The position numbers and the translations under genes were made by a program. Positions 9,359 to 20,260 of a DNA stretch of 64,000 nt are shown in pieces (position 1 is the stretch's first letter; each line of letters opens with the position of its first letter). The notes under the pieces are model-generated. The model was not told where the DNA came from. It made no database searches and was given only the letters and a program-made list of their open reading frames with translations. The DNA lies in the IMG/VR virus record IMGVR_UViG_2788499951_000002, positions 32,001 to 96,000 of that record, one strand, 5' to 3'. This DNA comes from a virus. Taxonomy: Duplodnaviria; Caudoviricetes.

Positions 9359-11428
9359 ATGGATTACACAGCTTACGAATATGATGCACTCGTCGACCGT
9401 GTTACGACTGCATTGAAAAACAAAGAAGGATGGGGTGATGCATATGATTCTTCCACAGGTCAGATGCTCATTCAGACCCTCGCGGATGTGACAGACCATC
9501 TGTTCTACATGCTCGAGAGGCGCTCACAGGAAGTGTTCCTAGACACAGCCCGTCTGGACTCATCCATCAGGACTCACGCATCAGAGCTGGGGTATCGCCC
9601 CCGCCGCCGTGTGTCTGCCACCGGTACGCTTCTCCTGAAGCTGGTTGACTCTGATGGTGAACTGATTGCTGCAGAGGGTGAAGTCGTCATCGACAAGGGG
9701 ACCACCGTGTATCTGGGAGACAGTGAGTTCGTCACCATTGAGAACTATGTCATTCCGGAAGGGCAGTCAACCGTCGAGATCAATGTCCGTGAAGGGCAGC
9801 TCACCACTCTGAACGTCAACACTTCATCCGATGAGGAGTTCTTGAATTCAAACGAGATCGTCCTTGAGGAGTATGCCAATATCGAGGAGTACTCCCTCGA
9901 GGTGTCTGCATCCGATGGTGCATACAGTGATGTGGCATCCGATGAGAACGTGGCGAAGAACCTGACAACTCTGAGTTATGCTTCCTCGTCGGATCAGGTG
10001 TACGATATCAAATTCTCGAATGAAGGTATGCGAATCGTGTTTGGGGATGGGACGTTCGGTAAAATCCCTCAGGACACTATCGCTGTCACCTATGTCGAAT
10101 CATCAGGTTCGAACGTCAACGTCGTAAAGACCGGTCTCTCGTTCAAGTTCGACAGTGACACCCTCTACGATGAGCTGAATGTCACCCCGAGAAACACCTA
10201 CCGGTATGAACTGAAGAACACCACCGCAATCCGTGGTGGTAGTGAGGCGGAATCAACTGCAGAGATCGCAAGGAATGCACCCGACTTCACCCGTACCAAT
10301 AACCGCGCCATTACCTCATTTGACCATGAGTTCTGGGTGCTTCGTTCTGGTATTGGTGGGATCGTTGATGCCAAGGCGTATGGTGAGCAGGAATCCGATT
10401 CCCTTGTGTTCAACATGAACAACGTCATTGTCTCCTATGTGACCAGTGACCTTCTCCCGTTGACACCGGTTCAGGTTGAGCAGTTGGCAGCCTACATGGA
10501 GAACTTCAAGATTCTGACAACTCACTTGGCATTCCGAGAGGCAAACTACTTCAAGGTCATCTTGGACATGAAGTACAAGAAACTGTCCAGTGTCCCGATC
10601 TCCAACTCTGCGATGTATCAGTTCTTGGTCGATCTTCTTACGGAGTATTTCCAGATCAAACGAAATGCAGTCGGTAAGAACTTCCAGAAGTCAGAACTGA
10701 TCCGTGACATCCAGAACATGACAATCTCGGTTGATGGGGTGAAGTATACCCCGACTGACTATCTGGATCTTGACATCGAAATCGAATATGCACTGACTGA
10801 TCAGGATCTGTTCTACGACCTCTATGTGACGATTGACGACAGCTATGCACCAGTCGCGGGGGATAAGTGGAGACTGATCGTCGAAGGTGAAACATTCGAA
10901 GAAACGGTACAGTCAGGCGATACTCGACTGGACATCATCAACAGGATGCAGACCCAGATTCAAAACTCACTGCTGGCACTATCCGCAGTGGTGGATGGGG
11001 AACTCAGGATCAAGTCTCGCTTCTATGATGGTCTGTTCTCATTTGACAAGGATAGCACTGATGATATCAGCCAGTTCACCTCAACTGATGCCATCACCGA
11101 TATCCCGATCCCGAAGAGTGATGATAACGACGGTACTTTCTTGACTGGCAGTGTTTACATCATGACAGAAGACGGTACGGTTATCTTCCAAGATGATGGC
11201 GAGGGCATGATGGTCTCGACTGATGGTTCTGCCGATCCATTTGAGGTTGATTATGAGAACGGTCGGTTCTTCTCTCCCAACCTCCCTGATGGTGATCTCT
11301 GCCTCCGTTTCAAGCAGTCGGTGATCGGGAACGTCTACCCGAGTGACGGTGGTGTGGTGATTGCTCAGATCCCAGACGAGACCGACAATGCGGCTCCGAA
11401 ATCAAGAATTCAGATGGTGGGTTCATAA
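9359..11428 (+). CDS. Baseplate wedge protein gp6-like
   Basis: FLDTARL..S...HA..LGYRP, IVFGDGTFGKIP, GGSEAES..EI..NAP...NRAIT..D motifs. Confidence 0.92.
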   Translation: MDYTAYEYDALVDRVTTALKNKEGWGDAYDSSTGQMLIQTLADVTDHLFYMLERRSQEVFLDTARLDSSIRTHASELGYRPRRRVSATGTLLLKLVDSDGELIAAEGEVVIDKGTTVYLGDSEFVTIENYVIPEGQSTVEINVREGQLTTLNVNTSSDEEFLNSNEIVLEEYANIEEYSLEVSASDGAYSDVASDENVAKNLTTLSYASSSDQVYDIKFSNEGMRIVFGDGTFGKIPQDTIAVTYVESSGSNVNVVKTGLSFKFDSDTLYDELNVTPRNTYRYELKNTTAIRGGSEAESTAEIARNAPDFTRTNNRAITSFDHEFWVLRSGIGGIVDAKAYGEQESDSLVFNMNNVIVSYVTSDLLPLTPVQVEQLAAYMENFKILTTHLAFREANYFKVILDMKYKKLSSVPISNSAMYQFLVDLLTEYFQIKRNAVGKNFQKSELIRDIQNMTISVDGVKYTPTDYLDLDIEIEYALTDQDLFYDLYVTIDDSYAPVAGDKWRLIVEGETFEETVQSGDTRLDIINRMQTQIQNSLLALSAVVDGELRIKSRFYDGLFSFDKDSTDDISQFTSTDAITDIPIPKSDDNDGTFLTGSVYIMTEDGTVIFQDDGEGMMVSTDGSADPFEVDYENGRFFSPNLPDGDLCLRFKQSVIGNVYPSDGGVVIAQIPDETDNAAPKSRIQMVGS

Positions 11429-12963
11429 TGACAACACTCGACAAACAGTTACCGACTCGTGTCCCCTCAGCGGTAACAGGGGATAACGAACTGACCCAAT
11501 ACCTCGAGGCATGTGGTGAAGTCCTCGAGGAGTTCAAGGACTCGATCCGTGCATTTGACTTCTATAAGGACTACAAGTACTCCTCTGAAAAGCGTCTGGC
11601 TCTGATTGCCAGACGATTCTCATTTGATCTCCCTGAGCGCCTCGAAGAACATATCCTCAGGGGGATTGTTCGGGATCTGAGTTCCATCTACAAGACGTCT
11701 GGTATCACCAAGACCATCAACTGGGTGATGCGGATTCTGTCGTGGGATGCTGATATCGAAGAGCTGTGGTTGGTGTTCCCCGAGCGTTATCAGCAACAGG
11801 TGGAACTCGAATATCCAACCTTCTACACTGCTCCAAATTTGACATCGGAGCTGTCGAAGTACGAGGTATTCACCCCACTGGTCGGTCAGTCGTATCGTGT
11901 GGGTCTGGCTTTCCAGAACTATGCAGAGGACCACAGCAGGATCGTGGACGGGTATCTCCTTGTTGGAGAGAACTCACTTCTCCCTGAGGGTGCACTGGCT
12001 AACACCGACCCGTTCAGTATCGATGCGGGGTTTGCTGAATTCTTCGACGTCGACAGGGTGGATATTCGAAACTTCGTTGTCGGAAAGCCAGTGTATCGTG
12101 ACACTGGGGTCTACTTCAAAGGAAGAACCCAGTTCTCCGCAGTAGACAACCTATTCGACTTGCGAATCCTCGGAGAGAAGTACCCAAATGACCACGTCCG
12201 TCGTGAGCAGGTGGTGATGAAGACTCCTTACCTGTCCATCGCAATCACCTCAGATGACTACGATCAGTTCATCGATGGTGACGACTATACAGACAAGGAG
12301 AAGTACAACATCGCCAAGGAGCTGATCGAGTTCCTTCTGTATGAGCTGTTCCGCCCGACCAACGTCAAGTATGTCAGTCTGGTTGCCCCTCTGACGTTCG
12401 CAGAGTCCAGTGAGATTCATGACGAGAGTTATGAGCGTGTGGAGTTTGATGAGGATCCGTTTGTTGAGACGAATCCCTATTATATCCCCGAAGCAGACAC
12501 CTATATGCCGTTCGATAGTCATTCTGGTGTTCTGAACGTGCCGAAGTTTGAGAATGGATCAACCGATGCCAACCTTTACTTCGACTTCGACACCAAGACA
12601 TTCACCTCATGGGAGCCTATCCTGATTCAAGGAACCGACGAGACGACCTATGAGATCAACGGGTTGACTTTTGACGGGAACGGATACACCACCGACACGA
12701 TAGTCCTGAGGACACCGTCCGAGGTTCTTGTTGAGTCTACTGGGGTGTTCTCAATCCAGTACAAGAAGAATCGTTTGTCAGCATGGCAGACTGCTCGTCT
12801 GAACGTGGGATCTGGCACCCATAAATACCGGACAAAGGACATGTACCAGCTTCGATTCGTCCGTAATGATGACAGCACTGAGATTGATGTCACTGTGACT
12901 TGGTTGAGCCAGAAAGATGGCACCCAAGACTTCCCGCTGGTACCTTCACTGGAGAATGTGTAA
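11428..12963 (+). CDS. Baseplate wedge protein (gp7/tail protein I-like)
   Basis: N-terminal L..YLEA...L..IA..F...R..VR.L..IYK..G pattern; translationally coupled to gp6. Confidence 0.6.
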   Translation: MTTLDKQLPTRVPSAVTGDNELTQYLEACGEVLEEFKDSIRAFDFYKDYKYSSEKRLALIARRFSFDLPERLEEHILRGIVRDLSSIYKTSGITKTINWVMRILSWDADIEELWLVFPERYQQQVELEYPTFYTAPNLTSELSKYEVFTPLVGQSYRVGLAFQNYAEDHSRIVDGYLLVGENSLLPEGALANTDPFSIDAGFAEFFDVDRVDIRNFVVGKPVYRDTGVYFKGRTQFSAVDNLFDLRILGEKYPNDHVRREQVVMKTPYLSIAITSDDYDQFIDGDDYTDKEKYNIAKELIEFLLYELFRPTNVKYVSLVAPLTFAESSEIHDESYERVEFDEDPFVETNPYYIPEADTYMPFDSHSGVLNVPKFENGSTDANLYFDFDTKTFTSWEPILIQGTDETTYEINGLTFDGNGYTTDTIVLRTPSEVLVESTGVFSIQYKKNRLSAWQTARLNVGSGTHKYRTKDMYQLRFVRNDDSTEIDVTVTWLSQKDGTQDFPLVPSLENV

Positions 12964-13488
12964 ATGAACATGGACAAGACTGAAAAGGATACACTCGGTG
13001 TCGTTGGCACTGTGCGTATTGAAGAGATTGATGCGGCCACCGGAGAGGTGGTCGATTTGTACGATGAAAGAAACACGATCACTGCAGAAGGTTTTGATGC
13101 CATTCTCCGGCAGGTAATCAATAAGGATGGCATGGCGGATCAGAACCATTCGATCAAGACCATATACCTTGGTAATGACACTGGGGCGGGGTCAGCAAAC
13201 AATCCGGAGTCACCCTCGATTCTTTCTACCTATCTCGACCAGACGGTCGTATATGAAGTACCGGAAGATGAGATCATCGTGACATATCCGACAATTGGGG
13301 AATTCTCTTTGAGTGCACTACTGGATGGGGAGGCGATTGTTGATGCTGCTGGTGTTGAGGCCATCAATTACACCTCTGCTACCATCCGACTCAATAACGA
13401 TGAAGCTTTCTCGTATAAACGTTTCCCCATCAAGACAATCTCCCGCCTGATAAATATCCGCATCACATGGAACATCAAGTTCAGCTAA
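12964..13488 (+). CDS. Baseplate / fibre-attachment protein
   Basis: G.V.I...N.IT..G...GND.G...FSYKRFP..T...I.ITW.I.F pattern typical of proteins preceding tail fibres. Confidence 0.6.
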   Translation: MNMDKTEKDTLGVVGTVRIEEIDAATGEVVDLYDERNTITAEGFDAILRQVINKDGMADQNHSIKTIYLGNDTGAGSANNPESPSILSTYLDQTVVYEVPEDEIIVTYPTIGEFSLSALLDGEAIVDAAGVEAINYTSATIRLNNDEAFSYKRFPIKTISRLINIRITWNIKFS

Positions 13489-13500
13489 CAGGACACAAAC

Positions 13501-16500
13501 ATGCCAACTGATATCCGTTATATCAAAAATGGTGAGGCTCTCAACGAAGACGTCATTGCACGTCCGATGGAAGACATCGAAGCAAACCTCACTGAAATTT
13601 TCAAGGCCGGTATCCCCAAGTGGTTCTCCGGCACCACCTATGAGGCAAACTCATACGCACGGGTGGGTGATGACATCTACGTCGCCAAGCGCCAGAACCT
13701 GAACAAGTCACCCCTGAATAACCCGAATGACTGGGTTCTTCATGAAGGTAACCGTCAGGCGACTGCGTCTGACCGTGGTACTGTCACCATCAGTGATTCC
13801 ACCACCAGCAACTCCGCCGTTACCGCAGCATCGTCCAAGGCAGCCAAGACTCTGCAGGATGATGTGAACACGCGTGCCTATAAGGCCACCAAGATCAATA
13901 CTGGCGACGGTCTGAACGGGGGTGGTAACCTCGGAAGCAACCGCACATTCAGTGTGGATAGCTCCGTCCTGCGAGACTACCACCTGCAGACCGATGATTA
14001 CGACGGCACCGATGGTCGCATTCTGACCGTTGGTGCATTCGGTCTGGGTTCTCACACCAAATACATCGGCAATGCATCCGTCACCAACAACTCAATCGAG
14101 ACTGGTTTCTATGGCTATGATACTGCCAACGGTTCTTCCGGTGGACCGTCTACTGTGGCCCGAGGTTCCCTGATCCATCAACGGCGTGCGAGCGGTGGCG
14201 GCGAGACACAGATCATCATGACCGAGGTGGTTTCCAACAATAACCAGCGCGGTCTGTGGATTCGTTATCGCACCACCGGTGAATGGTCCGACTGGGAGAA
14301 GCATTTCCACACCGGTAACATGGGTGCAGGATCCGGTCTGGATGCTGATACCGTTGATGGCCTGCAGGCTTCCCAGTTCACTCGTTCTGACGTGGACGAT
14401 GTCATCATGGGTAAAATACTGTTCGGTGGTGATGGTCGACTGAACAATCAAACTGCTTCCATCGCACTGGCGCTGGGGGACTCTGACACTGGTTTCCGTT
14501 GGAATTCCGACGGGGACATTGACATTATGGCCAACTCTCAGGTGGTTGCGAACGTAACACGAGATGCATTCAATGTCGCTAAACCTCTCCACCAAAACGG
14601 TCATCAGGTATGGCACTATGGCAACATGGGTGCCGGTTCCAACATGGACGCCGATAAGCTGGATGGTCAGCATGGTTCCTACTATGCCCCGATCAACAGC
14701 CCCAGCTTCACCGGTACTCCTGACCTCAATGATGGTAAAGCTCGCACCATCGGGTTTGATAATATCGAGGCGGCCACCATTGCCGCTAAAGTGGACGGGA
14801 CCGTTTCATTCGACTCGTCACAGGGTCTTATCATTCGCCGTGAACAGGTCATCGGCGATGCGACCGGAGCGGGTGTTTATACAGTACTGGACAAGTCGAA
14901 CATCGCCGGTGGTGCGAACATCGCCCTCACCGGTAACACCAAGAATGAGGGAGGGACTGTACCACTCACCATTAGCGTTGTTCAGGGTTCTGGTTCTGGC
15001 CTTGATGCGGATAAACTCGACGGTCAGGAAGGTTCCTTCTACCGCAATGCGGGTAACCTGAATGCAGGTACTATTCCTCGCGGTCGTCTCCCGTATGCAA
15101 CGAGTACTGCTGACGGTGCTGTTCAATTTGCCACCAGTGGTGAGGATACGGCGGGTATCTCGGCGAACGTTGCTTCCACACCAGCTGGTGTCCGTGCGGC
15201 ATACGAACAGTATGGGCTGGGGAGTGCTGGAGTCTCAGTTAGCGACCCAAACGGAATCACCACCTCGGGGTTCTATAAGATCTGGAACTCTGCTTCTGGT
15301 GTCGTCAACATGCCAAAGTCCCAATACTGGACAATCCTTCATCACGACTTTGACCAGAATGCCGCTACCCAGATGGCGATTTCACTCGGGGGTGAATTGG
15401 CATTTCGAAAGCGTTCCTCCAATACGTGGGCACGATGGAACACTGCGTGGACCGATACTAACATGGGTTCTGGTTCTGGTCTCGATGCTGATAAACTCGA
15501 CGGACTTCAGGCTTCCCAGTTCCTGCGCAGTGATACAGATGATCGGATCCAACAATCCGCAGGTGGTGTTCGTTTTATCGGATCCAATAATCGCATGTAC
15601 CTTCAGGCTCTCGACGGCTCAGGCTCAAATGGTGAGTTTTGGTTCACCGGCCTGAACGCTCAGCAAGCCAAAGCCATCGAGTTGAGGGGGCAGTCTGTCA
15701 CCATCAATGGTAATAACGTCTGGCACACCGGCAACATGGGTTCTGGTTCTGGTCTCGATGCGGATAAGTTGGACGGTTTTCAATCAACCCAGTTCCTGCG
15801 CAGTGACACTAATGATATCTTCTCGGGCACCCTGACTGGTCAGGGTATGAATCTCGGCGGGGCGGCGATTCAGTCCGGTTCTGGAGCATCACTGCAGGTC
15901 AAAGGCTTCATGCGCACGGGTACCATCTACCTGCATGATACGAATTCGCCTGACGCAAGCAGTGACAGTACTCCACTTGAGCGCGATAACGGCAATCTCC
16001 GATGGGGTAACTCCCTCGTTTGGACATCCACCAATGACGGTGCTGGATCCGGCCTTGATGCTGATAAGTTGGATGGGTATCAGGCTAGTGACTTCTCTCG
16101 CTACAAGATCGTTCAAGATAATGGTCTGGCGAAACCCGTCGCCGGAGACTGGAACAACTACACTGAGACTGGGTTCTATACATCATCAAACACGACCAAC
16201 CAGTCTCCGTTCAAGGAACACGTATGGCAGTATACAGCGGTATTCCCGCACACTAATAGTTCTTGGAGTTATCAGCTTGCGAAGGGGTTCGGCAAACAGG
16301 ACGGTCTGAGCTACCGGTCCCGTGAGAATGATACATGGGACACCACATGGCACCAGATCTGGGATGACCAGCATATGGGTTCTGGCTCTGGGCTTGATGC
16401 TGACCTTCTGGATGGCCAACACGGATCATTCTACCGTAATGCCGGTAATCTGAATGCAGGTACTATCAACTCAGCTCGCCTGTCTGGCACGTACAACATC

Positions 16501-18732
16501 AACATCACAGGTAATGCCGGTAAGGTCGATAACCTTGAGGCTTCTCAGTTCCTGCGTAGTGATACCGGTAACGATGTCGTCCGGTTCAACAACAAGGAAG
16601 GTGGAAACTTCACCGGTGACGGTGATCTCTGCTTCGACCATTCCGATGGTCACTTCGTATACCGCACGTCTGGCACCGGTAGTAACTACGACGGAGCAGG
16701 TGCATATAGTATGATGACGGCTGCTGACGTGGTCGCTGGGGCTAATATCAACATCTCCGGAGGAAAGGGCGCGGATGGTTCACCGGTGACATTCAGTGTC
16801 CAGCAGGGTTCTGGTTCTGGACTGGATGCTGATAAGTTGGACGGTCAGTCCAGTGGGTTCTATCGCAACGCGGGTAATCTGAATGCTGGTACAGTACCAG
16901 TTGCACGGATGACTGGTAAGTATAACATTGATATCTCAGGTAATGCCGACACGTCATCTCAGGCAGTCAATGCCGATAAACTTGACGGTATTCATGGATC
17001 ACAGTTTGTGAGGAGTGACGTCAATGATGTCGTTAAGGGTAAAATCCTCTTTGCGGGTGATGGCCAATATAACAATCAGTCGGCGTCCATCGCATTGGCA
17101 TTGGGAGATGCCGATACTGGGTTCTCATGGATCGGGGATGGAAATTTCGAGATCACTGCAAACTCGACTTCAGTGGTCGACATCACCAAAGTTCATTTCG
17201 ATGCTTTGAAACCACTGAAGCAGAATGGTCATCAGGTATGGCACTATGGAAACATGGGTTCTGGCTCTGGTCTCGATGCTGATACTCTCCGTGGATTCTA
17301 CCCAAGTGACGTAGTACAGAGTGAAACGCTTGCCAGACGTGATAGTAGCGGTGACATTCGCGCTAGACTATTCCGTTCTGAATACTCAGTGGATAACGAT
17401 CAGCCGAACTACTTCATGACACAGAAGAAGCTCGGGACGAGTGATAACTATCTCCGCCCGTCGAGTGCATCAAGTGTCCGTGCGGCGGTGATGGATCCGT
17501 ATTACATCCGCAATGACCGAGGTGGTGAGACTGTCAAAGGTGACTTCCATGTGAACGGTGGTAAGTTCTATTGGGGTTCAAATCGCCAGCACAACCTGAT
17601 GGATAATGACGGGGCTGGTAACGTGGGTGTCCAGTTCAACATGGACAAGGATAAAATGACAGCAGACGGTGGTGCTATCGAGTTTGAAGGTTCCACTGAT
17701 AATAGTTCGAATCCGTCATGGAACATCAAGGTGTCTACCGGTGGTCAGGCTGAGGGCGACACCGTCAACTGGGCACATGAACTCAAAGGTGTGGCTGATG
17801 GTTCGTTCACATGGGACGACCATGAGATCTGGCATGCAGGTAATGATGGCTCTGGTTCTGGTCTGGATGCGGATAAGCTGGATGGCCTGCAGGCTTCTCA
17901 GTTCCTCCGCACTGATGCCAATGACACTAAAACCGGTTTCCTGAAATTCACTGATCAAGGTGTTGATTCCGGAATCATGTTCAGCACGGGTAATGATGGA
18001 GCTGGTATCCGATTCAACAACCCCAACGGTAACGACGGGGAGATGGAATTCTGGTCAGGAGATGACCGTCAGGAAGATTTCGTGTTCAGGCAATATACCC
18101 AGTCCAATGCGGGAGCATCCGGAAAGGGGGTTTCTGCTGAACTGTTGAGGATCGGAAACGGGGACGTGAAGTATCGTGGATACCGCATGATCCACGGTGG
18201 CATGGCTGATGTAAATCTGTCCAACATCAACGACCTGACAGAGTCGCAACTGTTTGGTTTCGGCCACGATTCCACTGGGGCATATTCCCGTGGTTCCTAT
18301 GATGCACACGGGATCCATATCGACGGTAACGGCCAGAAGACCCAGATTGCGTCTGCCGGTACGAGTGACCTTCGTTTCCGTAGTGATGATGGATCTGGAT
18401 GGGACGATTGGCATGAGATCGCCTTCAAACCCAGCAAGGAAACACTTCTTTGGAGTGGCCGGTCAGATCGCGGGAACAAAGCTCTGAGTCAATCATGGAA
18501 GAACTTTGACTGGCTGAAGGTGATTCTGGCCAACGACGGATTTGATTGGGCGAACACGTGCTGGATGCGGGTCTCCGAGATGATTGAAGCAGGTGACATC
18601 GTAGACGAACCCAACTACGGGTTCGGTGAAGGCACCACCCAGTGGATCGTGCGTACTGATGGTAACGGCAACACGTTTGTCGTGGCTCGTGAGAACTGTG
18701 CTATCGCCCGAATCTGGGGTGTCAATGAATAA
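13501..18732 (+). CDS. Long tail fibre protein with repeated GSGLDADKLDG joints
   Basis: 1743 aa; ten G(S/A)GS(G/N)xDADxxxG units plus two partial ones; AASSKA collar-type repeat; LALGDxDTGF modules as in T-even long fibres. Confidence 0.92.
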   Translation: MPTDIRYIKNGEALNEDVIARPMEDIEANLTEIFKAGIPKWFSGTTYEANSYARVGDDIYVAKRQNLNKSPLNNPNDWVLHEGNRQATASDRGTVTISDSTTSNSAVTAASSKAAKTLQDDVNTRAYKATKINTGDGLNGGGNLGSNRTFSVDSSVLRDYHLQTDDYDGTDGRILTVGAFGLGSHTKYIGNASVTNNSIETGFYGYDTANGSSGGPSTVARGSLIHQRRASGGGETQIIMTEVVSNNNQRGLWIRYRTTGEWSDWEKHFHTGNMGAGSGLDADTVDGLQASQFTRSDVDDVIMGKILFGGDGRLNNQTASIALALGDSDTGFRWNSDGDIDIMANSQVVANVTRDAFNVAKPLHQNGHQVWHYGNMGAGSNMDADKLDGQHGSYYAPINSPSFTGTPDLNDGKARTIGFDNIEAATIAAKVDGTVSFDSSQGLIIRREQVIGDATGAGVYTVLDKSNIAGGANIALTGNTKNEGGTVPLTISVVQGSGSGLDADKLDGQEGSFYRNAGNLNAGTIPRGRLPYATSTADGAVQFATSGEDTAGISANVASTPAGVRAAYEQYGLGSAGVSVSDPNGITTSGFYKIWNSASGVVNMPKSQYWTILHHDFDQNAATQMAISLGGELAFRKRSSNTWARWNTAWTDTNMGSGSGLDADKLDGLQASQFLRSDTDDRIQQSAGGVRFIGSNNRMYLQALDGSGSNGEFWFTGLNAQQAKAIELRGQSVTINGNNVWHTGNMGSGSGLDADKLDGFQSTQFLRSDTNDIFSGTLTGQGMNLGGAAIQSGSGASLQVKGFMRTGTIYLHDTNSPDASSDSTPLERDNGNLRWGNSLVWTSTNDGAGSGLDADKLDGYQASDFSRYKIVQDNGLAKPVAGDWNNYTETGFYTSSNTTNQSPFKEHVWQYTAVFPHTNSSWSYQLAKGFGKQDGLSYRSRENDTWDTTWHQIWDDQHMGSGSGLDADLLDGQHGSFYRNAGNLNAGTINSARLSGTYNINITGNAGKVDNLEASQFLRSDTGNDVVRFNNKEGGNFTGDGDLCFDHSDGHFVYRTSGTGSNYDGAGAYSMMTAADVVAGANINISGGKGADGSPVTFSVQQGSGSGLDADKLDGQSSGFYRNAGNLNAGTVPVARMTGKYNIDISGNADTSSQAVNADKLDGIHGSQFVRSDVNDVVKGKILFAGDGQYNNQSASIALALGDADTGFSWIGDGNFEITANSTSVVDITKVHFDALKPLKQNGHQVWHYGNMGSGSGLDADTLRGFYPSDVVQSETLARRDSSGDIRARLFRSEYSVDNDQPNYFMTQKKLGTSDNYLRPSSASSVRAAVMDPYYIRNDRGGETVKGDFHVNGGKFYWGSNRQHNLMDNDGAGNVGVQFNMDKDKMTADGGAIEFEGSTDNSSNPSWNIKVSTGGQAEGDTVNWAHELKGVADGSFTWDDHEIWHAGNDGSGSGLDADKLDGLQASQFLRTDANDTKTGFLKFTDQGVDSGIMFSTGNDGAGIRFNNPNGNDGEMEFWSGDDRQEDFVFRQYTQSNAGASGKGVSAELLRIGNGDVKYRGYRMIHGGMADVNLSNINDLTESQLFGFGHDSTGAYSRGSYDAHGIHIDGNGQKTQIASAGTSDLRFRSDDGSGWDDWHEIAFKPSKETLLWSGRSDRGNKALSQSWKNFDWLKVILANDGFDWANTCWMRVSEMIEAGDIVDEPNYGFGEGTTQWIVRTDGNGNTFVVARENCAIARIWGVNE

Positions 18733-18743
18733 GGAGAAATGAA

Positions 18744-19106
18744 ATGAAAGTCTACATCGAGAAAGAAAACACGCATAACTTCGTAGTCGTTCCTGCTCCC
18801 AGTGAGCAGGAACTTAAAGACTACCATATCATCGAAATGTCAGAAGAGGAAATCGATGCGATCCCTGTTACCCATCGGTACAATCCCAAGACAAAGCAGT
18901 TTGAAGAATGTCCCGTCCTCTGGAACAGGATCATGGCGGCTCGCCGCAAGAATGCGTTCGAGAAAGAAGCTGACCCACTGTACAAGGAATGGCAGTTTGA
19001 CCTCATGAGTGGGTCCGATGACGCGGACGAATCCAAGCAGAAATGGTTGGACAAGTCCAAGGAAATCAAGGAACGATTCCCGATGAAGGAGGTCGCCTCT
19101 GAATGA
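18744..19106 (+). CDS. Tail fibre assembly chaperone
   Basis: Follows the fibre gene; RR.AF..EADPL..EWQ.D...WL....EIKERFP motif. Confidence 0.8.
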   Translation: MKVYIEKENTHNFVVVPAPSEQELKDYHIIEMSEEEIDAIPVTHRYNPKTKQFEECPVLWNRIMAARRKNAFEKEADPLYKEWQFDLMSGSDDADESKQKWLDKSKEIKERFPMKEVASE

Positions 19107-19618
19107 CAACCGAAGACTGGTACTACAACACAGTCCGACGTTATAACCCGAGGAACCTGAAGCCGAGTGATGATTGTATCGAGATCCTCGCTTACTTCGA
19201 AGGGTTCAGAAAGCACGCCTACCAAGATTCGGTGGGCATCTGGACCATCGGATATGGATCCACTCGGGGAGTAAAGAAGGGCGATGTGATCACAGAAGAG
19301 GATGCCAGAGCACGGATGCTCAAGGAACTTGAGGAGGACTATGCATATGCAGTCCAAGTCAATGTCAAGGTTCCTCTCACTCAATATGAGTTTGATGCAC
19401 TGACGTGTTTCACCTACAACCTTGGAGCCGGTAACCTGAGACGCTCGACACTTCTCAAACTTCTGAACCAAGGTAAGTATGAAGAAGCCTCTGATGAGTT
19501 CCCCAAGTGGAGCAAGGCAGGAGGTAAGACCCTCAGGGGATTGTTTCGCAGGCGTATAGGTGAAGAACTCATGTTCGAAGGTGATGACTGGGAACGTTTC
19601 AAAGAAATCTCGGGGTGA
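19103..19618 (+). CDS. Endolysin, GH24 phage lysozyme
   Basis: FEG...AYQDSVGIWTIGYGST (catalytic E/D/T), FDAL..FTYNLG, GL.RRR..E. Confidence 0.96.
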   Translation: MTTEDWYYNTVRRYNPRNLKPSDDCIEILAYFEGFRKHAYQDSVGIWTIGYGSTRGVKKGDVITEEDARARMLKELEEDYAYAVQVNVKVPLTQYEFDALTCFTYNLGAGNLRRSTLLKLLNQGKYEEASDEFPKWSKAGGKTLRGLFRRRIGEELMFEGDDWERFKEISG

Positions 19619-19657
19619 TGATAGCGATCACCCCATCAACACAGGAGAATCAAATAG

Positions 19658-19996
19658 ATGAGTAAGATCATGGATAAACTGGATGCACTGGGGGTCAATG
19701 ACACAGTTATCGAACACACTGTCATCTCCCTTACTATCCAAGCAACATTGGGGATCGCACTGGCAGTGATCTTCGGCTTCACTCTCTTCACAGGAATGCT
19801 CGTGGCTGGAGCACTGGCTGCCGGTATCTTCCTCGGACGGGAGATCTCACAACATGAGTTCAAGGGTGGCGGCCCTAAGGTCGTCAAGTGGAGCTACGGT
19901 CTGACCAAGCATTGGACACGCGATTCTATCATGGATGTCGCAGTTCCTGTGCTCGCAATGGCCGTGCTCCTTCTCATTGTTGGAATGGTGATGTAA
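19658..19996 (+). CDS. Membrane protein of the lysis cassette (holin/antiholin candidate)
   Basis: Three hydrophobic segments; located between endolysin and spanins. Confidence 0.55.
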   Translation: MSKIMDKLDALGVNDTVIEHTVISLTIQATLGIALAVIFGFTLFTGMLVAGALAAGIFLGREISQHEFKGGGPKVVKWSYGLTKHWTRDSIMDVAVPVLAMAVLLLIVGMVM

Positions 19997-20260
19997 ATGG
20001 AACCCACATTACCAGTCAAGCACCCCAATGCAACCATTTGGTGGACACATCGCCGCAGGATGGCGTATGCGGCTGGTGTATGGATAATCCTTCAGACCAT
20101 TCTGTTTTGTGCTCTGGGGATCTTCTGGCCTTCCCTGATCGACACTATTGGTGTTGTCATTGGATGGTCATACGGGGCATCCGTCGGTGTGATTATGGCG
20201 TACTTCGGTAACACCATCGCAACCGATGTTGTCTCTACGAAAAGAGGACTCAACGACTAA
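19997..20260 (+). CDS. Holin candidate (two TM segments)
   Basis: RRRMAY N-terminal basic patch, two TM segments, AYFG motif, charged tail; lysis cassette context. Confidence 0.65.
   Translation: MEPTLPVKHPNATIWWTHRRRMAYAAGVWIILQTILFCALGIFWPSLIDTIGVVIGWSYGASVGVIMAYFGNTIATDVVSTKRGLND

Noticed and set aside
5059-13488. Bacterial T6SS/eCIS locus (VgrG, PAAR, gp25)
   Set aside because: Embedded among terminase, lysis and T4-type replication genes, so it is a phage baseplate.
13501-18732. CRISPR array or diversity-generating retroelement repeats
   Set aside because: The repeats are in-frame, irregularly spaced protein motifs; no cas gene or reverse transcriptase and no adenine-specific TR/VR pair were seen.
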